Assembly: GCF_021869535.1 (NCBI RefSeq)
Contig: NW_026262581.1
Location: 13,950,001 to 14,014,000 of the forward strand
Origin: Mytilus californianus
Taxonomy: Eukaryota
Reading direction: 5' to 3'
Length of the DNA stretch: 64,000 bases
Below the pieces are notes generated by a model, which saw only the letters and a program-made list of their open reading frames with translations, was not told the DNA's origin and did no database searches. Numbering within the stretch: position 1 is the first letter of the stretch; each line of letters begins with the position of its first letter. The position numbers were made by a program, and so were the translations under genes. Below are positions 11,241 through 21,930 of the stretch, in pieces.

Positions 11241-12795
11241 TGAATAATGACTTTGGTGATCCTGAGAAAGACACTTCATTTAGGAGGCAAGACAAGTGCA
11301 GTATCAATACTGAATAATTACTTTGGTGATCTTGAGTAAGACACTTCATTTAGGAGGCAAGACAAGTGCAGTATCAATACTGAATAATTACTTTGGTGAT
11401 ATTGTGTAAGACATTTCATTTGGGAGGCAAGATATAAGTGCAGTATCAATACTGAATAATGACTTTGGTGATCTTGAGTAAGACACTTCATTTGGGAGGC
11501 AAGATAAGTCCAATAGCAATACTGAATAATTATTTTGGTGATCTTGAGTAAGACACTTCATTTGGGAGGCAATATAAGTGCAGTATCAATATTGAATAAT
11601 TACTTTGGTGATCTTGAGTAAGAACACTTCATTTGGGAGGCAAGATATAAGTGCAGTATCAATATTGAATAATTACATTAGTGATCTTGAGTAGAACACT
11701 TCATTTGGGAGGCAAGATATAAGTGCAGTATTGATACTGAATAATTACTTTAGTGATCTTGAGTAAGACACTTCATTTGGGAGGCAATATAAGTGCAGTA
11801 TCAATACTGAATAATTACTTTGGTGATCTTGATAAAGAACACTTCATTTGGGAGGCAAGATATAAGTGCAGTATCAATACTGAATAATTATTTTGGTGAT
11901 CTTGAGTAAGACACTTCATTTGGGAGGCAATATAAGTGCAGTATCAATACCGAATAATTACTTAGGTGATCTTGAGTAAGAACACTTCATTTGGGAGGCA
12001 AGATATAAGTGCAGTATCAATATTGAATAATTACTTTAGTGATCTTGAGTAAGACACTTCATTTGGGAGGCAAGATATAAGTGCAGTATCGATACTGAAT
12101 AATTACTTTAGTGATCTTGAGTAAGACACTTCATTTGGGAGGCAAGATATAAGAGGAGTATCAATACTGAATAATTATTTTGGTGATCTTGAGTAAGACA
12201 CTTCATTTGGGAGGCAAGATAAGTGCAGTATCAATACTGAATAATTACTTTGGTGATCTTGAGTAAGAACACTTCATTTGGGAGGCAAGATATAAGTGCA
12301 GTATCAATATTGAATAATTACTTTAGTGATCTTGAGTAGGACACTTCATTTTGGAGGCAAGATATAAGTGCAGTATCAATATTGAATAATTACTTTAGTG
12401 ATCTTGAGTAAGACACTTCATTTGGGAGGCAAGATATAAGTGCAGTATCGATACTGAATAATTACTTTAGTGATCTTGAGTAAGACACATCATTTGGGAG
12501 GCAAGATATAAGAGGAGTATCAATACTGAATGATTATTTTGGTGATCTTGAGTACGACACTTCATTTGGGAGGCAATACAAGTGCAGTGTCAATACTGAA
12601 AAATTACTTTAGTGATCTTGAGTAAGACACTTCATTTGGGAGGCAAGATATAAGTGCAGTATCAATACTGAATAATTACTTTGGTGATCTTGAGTAAGAC
12701 ACTTTATTTGGGAGGCAAGATATAAGTGCAGTATCATGACTGAATAATTACTTTGGTGATCTTGAGTAAGACGCTTCATTTGGGAGGCAAGACAA
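11241..12795. repeat. Minisatellite, 22 copies of a 70-73 bp unit
   Basis: Unit tgaataattactttggtgatcttgagtaagacacttcatttgggaggcaagatataagtgcagtatcaatac, counted by the ggaggcaa landmark. Confidence 0.97.
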
Positions 12796-13887
12796 CTGAA
12801 AAACTAAAAATTAATTGGTACTTTGGACATTGATATAATTTGAGCAGTTAGGCATATGAAATAAAAACCTTTGAATTTTTAATTAAGACAAGTTAAAACG
12901 TGACAAGTGTAATCACATTGGTTAGCTGTAGTAGAGATATCAGTGAGCAGAAGCTCTAGTTCAACTTGTTAGACCTGTAGCGGTAAATACCTTTCATTTA
13001 TGTATCAGTACAATTGAAAATGTTGAGAGTGGAAACCTTCATTCAGTTTTATCAAACTTTCTAGAAGTCACTACCAATGGTAAAAAAAGGCCCAAATCTG
13101 TTTTGCAGTGGAAATGTCTTTTCAATTTAGAAATTGTATCCCATTATTGGTAAGGGCATAGTAATACTACATTTTATATTTCATTTGACAATATGTGATA
13201 TGAAAGGACCTGGTATGAACCATTGAAACAAAACCTATGGTGTATTAGAAAGTTTGTGATGACAATTAAAAATAAGTATGATTCGGGAATAGGATTTCAA
13301 TGTCTGGTTAGGATATTCAACAATTATGAAATGATTCCATGGGACAAATCAAATAGGAATGCAAATGCAATGAAAAGGCTTTATTATGTTAATTTAGAAT
13401 GTACATGGTTAAGGGGTTGGGTTATGGAACTATTTTGTGATATTTAACAATTTACAACACAGAGGGACAGCGCATGACATAAGGGGACAAAGCATATGGT
13501 GCATTGGAAAGTTTATGACAATTAGAATATATATTGGTTAGGGGGTGGACATCTGATACTACCAATAGTAGAGTACTTAGTGCTAGAAATGTCTTCAATT
13601 TAGAATATGCATGTGTATATGCAATTATTGGGCATGGGGTGGTAATTCTACATTTTTAAATTATTTGACAATATGTGATATGAGAGGAACTGGCATGAAC
13701 CCTTGAAACAAAATCAAAGGTGCGTTGGAAAGCTTATGACAATATATATGGGTAAGGGGTGGACATCTGAAGGCTTTCAATATTTTAACAATTTATGATG
13801 CAAGGAAAAAACTTATAGTGCAATGAAAGGTCTTGTCATGACAATTAACAATATATAATGATTATGGTCGAGGAACAGTAAATGGGC

Positions 13888-14087
13888 GGGGCTATGTCAC
13901 ATATTTTGATAAAATTTTGCAAACAACTTTGGCTCGTTGAACTATAACTGAAAATTGAAAAAATAATGCATTTATCTCTTTTATTGTCTGTAATATTGCT
14001 GACTGAAGTATTTCAAAATAGGTGAACATTTATTTAGAAAGCACATAAAATGTATGCAAAATTTTACATAAATCTGTGACATAATCC
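13888..14087. mobile_element. MITE of about 200 bp with imperfect TIRs of about 30 bp
   Basis: GGGCTATGTCACATATTTTGATAAAATTTTGCA ... TGCAAAATTTTACATAAATCTGTGACATAATCC. A second partial copy lies at about 38407-38580. Confidence 0.65.
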
Positions 14088-15590
14088 ATTTATTGTAACT
14101 TGACCTTAAGTGATGGGATCTAAATGATTTTCCCTGGCCTGACACACAACCTATGGTGCACTAAAGAGGCATCATTTGCGAAAGAGAATATAATATGCAA
14201 AGGTTAGAAACAAACCTTAAAGTGCACTAGACAGGCAAACAAGAATAAACATTGTTTGGGATGGACATTAAAATGTTAACAAAACTAAATCATTGACGAC
14301 TGGACAGTTGTCTTTATGTAATGTACAAACTGGCTTAATATCAAACGTGTGTGTCAAAGGATAAATTAGTTACGACCTGCCATACAGAGAATTTGTTTCT
14401 TTTTCAATTTGATCTTGGGATCAAAGATCAAGGTCACATAAATATGAGAATATGCAACACATCGTTTTTGTCTCGCCTGCGTCGAAAGTTAAAGAATGCG
14501 AGACATAGGGATTAAAGGACGTGGAGAGGTAAACATTGAGCGCTGAACCTTATCCTTAACTTCGGAAAGTTGTGTAACAATACCGTACAACAGTAGAACA
14601 AACTATAACCATAATTTGCAGAGGACTTCGGCCATCAGATGGGTACAAAATACAAAACAAACAAACAAAAAACAACTTACAAAATGACGAACACTAGCGG
14701 TTACTGAAAGCTATTTCAAGTCCAATTGCATCATCATGTTTTCCTAGACTAAATGTAAACTGTCCTGTTGAGGCATTTCATAAATAAAATTCTCAAATGT
14801 ATAAATTGCAAGCTAAATACACGTACTATTTGGATATTTGTGCGTGTTTTATCCATTCATTTTTTATGATATATCAAGATTTTTCCATCTTACTAAATTT
14901 ACTTTACTAGAGGTTATTATTGGTTTGTAAACGGGGCAGATTAACTCACAGACTTGAAGAGCGACGGACTTCAATTTTCTGTAAAGTTTTGAGTTAGCGG
15001 ATTATTTTTCACACCAAATACATAGAAAAAGTGTTTAATCCTTTTAATTTCTCAATCCAAACTGTATTTGTTTTCTTTCAATTTCAACTTTCCCTGTTTC
15101 CCAGGATTCCGAGTGTATTGCACATGAATATATCGCAGTGAAATCGACATGGTGGTATATATACTAGTAGTTCCTGCATTATGGTCTATGGAAGTGTAAA
15201 CCAAATAACGAAATTATAACAGACCAATCACATTCAAGTATAAGTAGATATTCAAATCATATCATCGGGAAATTATACCAGCTGGTGACGAAACTTCTTT
15301 GTCGAGCTGGCCCGGGTTGTCTTTTGTGGAGTGTATTTTTTAGCTAGTGAAAAACACAATTATTTATTTTTTCAACGGAAGTATGAAAGGATTTTTTTCT
15401 GAATGCATGTACACTATAAATGTACAGGAATAATGTGACTAACAAATAACTGTTTCTTTCCTGGGCAGATAAACTAAAAAAATGCCAGCAGATTTTGGAA
15501 CAGACTTTCATAAATTATACCTTATGTTTTCTCGTTTGAATTGTTTTATATTTTGTCATGTCGGTGCCGTTAATAGCTTACTATACTGGT

Positions 15591-15944
15591 ATGAGTTTTA
15601 CACATTGTGAAGGCCGTACGGTAACCTATAGTTGCTTACTTCCATGTACGTCATATAGACTTTGGTGTATACTTGTCTTATTGGCAATCATATCGCATCT
15701 CCTTGCCTATGAGTTTTACACATTGTGAAGGCCGTACGGTAACCTATAGTTGCTTACTTCCATGTACGTCATATAGACTTTGGTGTATACTTGTCTTATT
15801 GGCAATCATATCGCATCTCCTTGCATATGAGTTTTACACATTGTGAAGGCCGTACTGTAACCTATAGTTGCTTACTTCCATGTACGTCATATAGACTTTG
15901 GTGTATACTTGTCTTATCGGCAATCATATCACATCTCCTTGCCT
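15591..15944 (-). repeat. Three tandem 118-bp copies of the family A terminal segment
   Basis: Near-identical units start at 15591, 15709 and 15827. Confidence 0.93.
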
Positions 15945-16049
15945 TTTTCTTATTTAAAAAAATCCCAGACAACCTCTCACTAATAAAAAAACGGTGGCCG
16001 TCGTATAAATATAAAATAGTTAACGAATGCATTTATATATGTAATATGT

Positions 16050-16246
16050 TTATTGGGAAATTTGGTTTGATCGAAATGTTGTTGCTTCTTCATAGCTTGG
16101 TGGACCGTCTGTGAATTCCTTTGTCTGGTTATATAGTGTCGTATTCATTTTCCTGGACGCCCCGCTTGTTGTCCTCTTGTCGGTAAAATGTACACCTGGA
16201 GATGATACTAATCCAGAGCAACCACTGTGATTGTATGGTACTGTTC
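16050..16246 (-). CDS. Shisa/WBP1/VOPP1-like single-pass protein, terminal coding exon with PPSY motif
   Basis: Acceptor ttttattttccaag| before 16246, phase 1 matching the donor at 16735. Reads (G)TVPYNHSGCSG...EFTDGPPSYEEATTFRSNQISQ*. AATAAA overlaps the stop codon. Not in the ORF track. Confidence 0.75.
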
Positions 16247-16735
16247 CTTGGAAAATAAAAAGGAAAGCATCAAGTTACATTTCAGACACATATACGTAGT
16301 GTTTATGCTTTTTTCCGAGTTGACAAGAGTCACAAACATATTTCTTTAAAAAATCTAGTGAACCATCCTCTGCATGCATGATTAGCCCCATGTATGAAAC
16401 AAGTGCTGTCGAAATTCGTGTCCCTTTTTTGGCAAAATGTCCCTTAAAATCGATAAAATTGAAAAAAGAAAAGCCTGATAATCAGTTAGATTGTATCGGC
16501 AAAATATAAGTTCCTGTTATAGTGCACGCGTTCATTTTTTACACGACAAAGAACACGCATTTTCCCATTCCATATGTTTTTAGTTTGAAAATTTAAGATA
16601 AAAAAATTATGGAGAAAAAATGCTGAAGAATGTGTAACTGAGTAAGTAGTATGTATTAAACATGAAATAAAAAAAAAAAACAACGATGTAGCATAAATGC
16701 CAGTTAATGTTCTTTTGTTTCTTCTGACAACTTAC

Positions 16736-17018
16736 CACATTCTTTTCTTGTAACCAAATCAATATTCCGTGAAGTGAAACCTTTTCTATCCCCACACCAA
16801 ATCATGACACATCTTTTCCAAGCCCAGACAGCTACCATAATAAACAGAATCGATGAACACATGGTAAAAATGGTCAAATTTAGCTGTGCACTTTCATCAC
16901 AGCAATATTCTTCCGGTTTTTGTCCACAACATCCACCCATACAAGGAAAAACATTTGGAACTTCGAAAGCATTTTCACAGTTTTCAGGTTCTATACTGTA
17001 TTCTGGTTCCATGTTCAT
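16736..17018 (-). CDS. Shisa/WBP1/VOPP1-like single-pass protein, first visible coding exon (Cys-rich ectodomain + TM); read-through would end at 16704
   Basis: C..GCCG.....YCC motif, then hydrophobic LTIFTMCSSILFIMVAVWAW and basic KR. Consensus donor G|GTAAGT at 16735. No signal peptide visible, and an in-frame stop lies 10 codons upstream of the ATG. Confidence 0.72.
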
Positions 17019-17035
17019 GTGTTGTGCAAATTGTT

Positions 17036-17322
17036 TACTGAAACGTTAACGTCATAAACGTTTCAGGGTAAATTGAATTCTGCAGAAACGTTGACTTCCC
17101 GCTAAAACGTATTCTACAAAATATTTTAATTCCCAAAAATATTTTTTTCTTAATTCGTAAAGGTATTTTTAACACGTGTAATTCGGTACTTTTAGTCTAA
17201 CGTTATAAAACTCATTAGTTATCTTCTTTCGGCGTCATAAAATAAAAAGAAGTCACGTGGTTGGTTACTGAAATTGCTTCAGTTTCTCTTATAAGAGCCA
17301 ATTCATGATGAAGTGACAAGTT
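17036..17322. promoter_or_regulatory. Putative bidirectional promoter of the head-to-head gene pair
   Basis: About 305 bp between divergent ATGs. CACGTG at 17173-17178, GTCACGTG at 17252-17259, Inr-like TCAGTT at 17279-17284, CCAAT at 17298-17302, and a cluster of AACGT motifs. Confidence 0.5.
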
Positions 17323-17478
17323 ATGCTAAACGTTTATACAAATATGCAAGACGAGAAAACTGTATCTGACCATGATAAGGAAAGCACGAGCAAAACGAAC
17401 AATGATGGATATCCAAAGGCGGCTGAAACTCAGGCATGGGTCAAATCGAAAAAGGAAAAAGGAAAAAGCTGCTGTTCA
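17323..17478 (+). CDS. Uncharacterised 108-aa Cys-cluster protein, exon 1
   Basis: MLNVYTNMQDEK...KEKGKSCCS, then phase-0 donor GTAAGA at 17479. The start could be at 17323 or 17344. Confidence 0.65.
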
Positions 17479-17821
17479 GTAAGATTTTTTTTTAAAATTA
17501 TATTAAAAAAAGACTATGTGTTGCTTTGTTACAACAATCATTAACCATACATAGGGAGATATCATAAATGTGTAGCTTTATTTGCAGAAATTGAAGGTTT
17601 AAATGAAATATTTTTTAACTTATGATATTGTGAGATGGTTGTGCCTAAAAGTAAAAAAAATATCTTGTATTTACGATTGTATTCTGGTGCGTCTACATTA
17701 TATAAACATAAATCATACGTTATTGGACCTCTTACTATATATATTTGGTATTTTTGATTTTTGTAAGCACACATTTCCATTATGCATGGCTAACCCACTG
17801 GTTGTTGTTCTAAATTTACAG

Positions 17822-17933
17822 CTTCGAAGATGTTTTGCTGCAATCGGCTGTTGTTGTACGGTGAAGAAAAGGACGAAAATCAAAAACAAAATAGACAGCG
17901 ATAAAAAATCTCTTACTTCTCAAGAAGTAAACG
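17822..17933 (+). CDS. Uncharacterised 108-aa Cys-cluster protein, exon 2
   Basis: Acceptor ttctaaatttacag|, phase 0. Reads LRRCFAAIGCCCTVKKRTKIKNKIDSDKKSLTSQEVN. Phase-1 donor GTATGT at 17934. Confidence 0.65.
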
Positions 17934-18235
17934 GTATGTCAAAATGATATCAGTATAAATATAATCTCTTTTGACTTCTCCCGTCAGGCAGTTTGACTAT
18001 TCTTTGAATTGGGGAACGTCCGTTCGATTGAGGTGATGTATACACATGCAAAACAAAACTAGGATTATATCGTTTTTTTTTCCATCTTTACTACCAGTTA
18101 CCAAGATCAATAAAGTTGTTTGCCTCTTTCTTTCTTTTCTTATCGACCGTACTTGATTAAGGTTATCTCACAAACAAGTGTCGTAAACCCTAAAATCGTT
18201 GAGTGAGTTAAACAAAATAATTTTTTTTTCGAAAT

Positions 18236-18430
18236 ACTAAGGATTTTCGACCCCAGTAATAGATTACCTTAGTTGTATTTGGCAGAACCTTTCGGAACTT
18301 TGGGTCCTCAATGCTCTTCAACTTCGTACTTTATTTGGCCTTTTTTACTTTTTCGATTCGAGCGTCACTGATGAGACTTTTTATAGGAAACGCGCGACAA
18401 AATTTTAATCCTGGTATCTATGATGAGTTT
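18236..18430 (+). mobile_element. Second copy of the hammerhead-bearing repeat; ribozyme degenerate
   Basis: GCGTCA-CTGATGA-GACTTTTTATAG-GAA-ACGCGCGAC at 18362-18398. Stem II is broken, the conserved U before the cleavage site is A, and the 3' strand of stem I is deleted. Confidence 0.75.
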
Positions 18431-18829
18431 ATTTATAATACCAAACACTTACAACAAATCGTACTAGACTGCAAAATATCAATAATCAAAATTATCGCTG
18501 CTTTCGAATAAAATTTCCTTTCAAAAAGCCATTATTTGAACACTTGGCAATTTTAAAATGTATAGATTGTCGTACATGAGGATCTGGATGATATTTATAG
18601 AATAGAGAATAGCGGGCTATAGAAAAACTGACCAAAAAATACAGAAATGAAGGACCTCCCATCCAGACCCTCATACCTGTTGAAGAATACGGTCATTGCT
18701 TAGTTCAATAGACACATGCACATTGACGTTTTATCAACCACATTCCAAATGATATGATATTCGCGTTTACACACACCTGCGTTGTGCGTTTAAAGGAATG
18801 AGTCTAGTCCACCAATTTTCTTATTGCAG

Positions 18830-18888
18830 AATTTATTGAAGAGGAAATGAAAAAGCTGTCAGAAGAAACAATCAACCTAGAAAGTTAA
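18830..18888 (+). CDS. Uncharacterised 108-aa Cys-cluster protein, exon 3 (terminal)
   Basis: Acceptor ttttcttattgcag|, phase 1. Reads (E)FIEEEMKKLSEETINLES*. AATAAA at about 18920. The spliced product aligns without gaps to the neighbour's read-through tail. Confidence 0.6.
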
Positions 18889-19683
18889 TAACCATTGGGA
18901 TGTTACTATTAAATTATGAAAATAAATTAGAATTGTGTTGTTATACAGCGGTTCCATAATACAAATTAACAGTAGAAACACCCACTGTGCTTGACTAACC
19001 GATTGAAATTATGATACTTATATTTCCATGCTGTTAAAACAATGTTGAAATCTTTACATTTTTGCTAATATAATCGCATAAAAATTATCACAATCCACAA
19101 TAAAAAAGATTTTCTCAAGCATGATTGAAAAGCTGAAATGTCACGCCTGCTTTTTCTGATCATGATTTAATTTCATGTAAAAGTCGTTAAGATACAGGTT
19201 CTGCAACATGTATCACATAAACTTAACATGGTAATTGCTCAATGAAAATGAGGTCAAGGTCACTTGAACCTTGCCTGACGAACATGTACACTTGGAAGTC
19301 ATTTTCCACACACAAAACATTTATAAGTTGACCAGTTGGTTTTAGTAACCGAGAACGGATCCAACCATGCAAACATAATGTTAACCAAAGAACCATGATA
19401 ATAAGGTCAGGGTCAGATGAACCCTGCCAGACCGATATATACTGCTTACAATCATTCAATACACAAAATATAATTGAATTATTGCTTTTAGTATCTGAGA
19501 ATACGACCTAACCACAAAAACTTAACAGTGACCAATAAATCATGAAAGTTAGGGCAACTCGAAGAAACCTTGCCAGACGGACACTATAGTGTAACATCTT
19601 ACAATCATTTCATACACCAAATATAGTTGACCTTTTGATTACAGTATCTGTAAGCAAAACAGAATTCAGTGGAAAAACTTTAA

Positions 19684-19949
19684 GGTGGTACCCAACATCT
19701 TGACTAAAATTAATTTGGCTCGTTTAATTTTCATAAAATTTTGACATAATGTTTACTTTGACCCTTTGATAAAAATTTCAAAGAATTTGAACCAACCACT
19801 TTGTCAGAAAAATTTCGTTGGTTATATAGCAGTTTGACAAACACTAATTTTGATCATTGAGAAGCGTAATATTTCCTTAACAATACAACGTAATTAAAAC
19901 GTTTAGCTGATTTTTACAGAGTTATCTCCCTGTAGTGTTAGGTACCACC
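19684..19949. mobile_element. MITE with TTAA target duplication and GG...CC termini (Kolobok-like)
   Basis: TTAA|GGTGGTACCCAACA ... TGTTAGGTACCACC|TTAA. Confidence 0.85.
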
Positions 19950-21782
19950 TTAAATTGATCATTGATCCATGATAATGAGCCCAATGTTATATGTTTTCCT
20001 TTATTTACGGTGTTCGACATCAATCCGCACTGCGGATCATTCGTCATATGAATGCATATATACACGTATATAATATTCATCAGCTACTAAAATAAACCAA
20101 CCAGCGATAGCAAGGGCAAACCGACTAGACATTAAATACCCTACAGCTACCGGATAACAGGGGCAACCTGTAAATATTGAGTGCTTCAGGTTAAAACGTG
20201 ATGCTTGTATTTATATTCCTGTTGTAATATTTTCTTATTAGATGAGTAAGCAAATCAAATATATGTAATTTACCCAGACAACTTGTATTTATCTTCAGAT
20301 AAACGCAATGTACTTGTTTATATTTATGTACTCCGTGTAACTTAATAAAGGGTCAAAAGGTCAGACCAAATATCCAACTAATTTGACTTGATATTTTTAC
20401 CCTAGTATCAGTGTCAACTCGGTATTCAGATGGTCAAAGCACAAAATCTATATTTCTCAAATAATCAGTAACACATTTCCGTAAAGTTTATTTTATGCCG
20501 GTCATTTTCCACTCTATAAATTCCAGCAGTATGCATATAATAAGTCAATATAAGTCAATGAGACTTCGAATCAACAAGAAACATTGTTAACAGGACTGCC
20601 ATGTTGCACATACAGTCAAGACAATGGACTTTTTTTTTATCTACCATTGATTTCTTTCCTTAACTATAAGACATTCTCGGACGAAGCCTTTATTCTGTTT
20701 GTTTGTATAATTGTTGTTGTTTTTCATTGTTCATTGTTCAAGACGTTTTCAAATTTAAGGATGTTCGCTACTCTGTTTCAAAATAACCAGCTTTTTAAAA
20801 GACTGTTATCAATAGATAGTATTTAAATACAGAAACTAATAAAGCAGAAAAAAAATGAAAGGTCCGTGTGCTTGTTTTCGAAATATTTTCTCTAGTCTTT
20901 TGTTACATTTAACACTGGCACCTTTTTTCTTTCAAAAACTATGAAAAAAAAACAAGGATTTTATAAGATTTTCAAATATGGCTTTTTAAACTATACTTAA
21001 TAAAATTATGAAAAGAAAAGTAAAGGTTAGCGGGCAAAATATTTATTAACACTACGTTGATAAAACCAGAGGATTCCGAATATCTGACAAAAATTCAAAA
21101 ACAAGAGGAGCTTGAACATCCTTAATTAACGTCAAAACAAACTTTGGTTCGTTCAACATATATTCAAGATTTGTTATTTGTTAAATAGGCTATCGTTTTA
21201 AGTTCACGTGGACTTTTTTGGACTGAATAAACCAAAGATAAGTTTACAAACCAGATTAGAATGATAACCATGTTTACAATCAAACTGTTGTATTATTAGA
21301 ATGTAGATTTTCAATTTAAGAAGATAACATAAAATCCTGATAAACGCATTATTGTCAGGTATTACGTTGTGATTTTGTACATGTAGCAAGAGATTCCATT
21401 TAGTGTGAGTATAAACAATAATTTCTTATAATTTTCATTTAGCATAGTAAAAAAACATGAGACTCCGTACTTTTTTTAAAAAAAACTTGGAAACAATAAA
21501 ACTATGTTGTACATCAATTTGATTACACATGTTTTACAGCCAAGGGTTTCGCTTTTTTGGCCCGGAAAGAATCATTCCGCTAGAAATCTCAAACAAATAT
21601 TTGGCTCTCTTTTATTTTTTTATGTTTTGAAATGAAGAATATAAGATCGAAATAGAAATCCTCCGCTGAATATGTAAATAATTATTAAAAAATTAATATG
21701 AATTAGTTTTTCCAAATAATTAAAAAGCAAGAAAGAGGTGCAGTATTGGCAGTTATAGCAGATGGCCGATTTCAGGTTACTA

Positions 21783-21930
21783 GTCACATGACTTAGATTG
21801 GTTGCCATTGAAAAACACAAATGGATGAAAAAGCGCAACATGTCATTAGTAAAACAAGAAATAAATTTAGTTTCGACAGTTTATTTTTGGTATATTTTTA
21901 TTGAAAAAATATCTGCTGATCTTGGTAAGT
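21783..21930 (+). promoter_or_regulatory. Putative promoter and non-coding first exon of CLN8 paralog a
   Basis: Palindromic GTCACATGAC at 21783-21792 next to ATTGG at 21797-21801. Consensus donor TTG|GTAAGT at 21925. Confidence 0.35.

Noticed and set aside
11241-12795. Regularly spaced repeats that could be taken for a CRISPR array
   Set aside because: The whole unit repeats with no unique spacers, the context is eukaryotic, and there are no cas genes.
13110-13760. Degenerate direct duplication with a period of about 480 bp
   Set aside because: Old local duplication with no coding or structural signal.
15080-15360. Strong polypyrimidine acceptor at 15104 followed by DSECIAHEYIAVKSTWWYIY* and a CCAATCAC box
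   Set aside because: Short frames only, with no partner exon identified.
15791-16114. 107-aa plus-strand ORF
   Set aside because: Starts inside the family A triplet and runs antisense to the PPSY exon.
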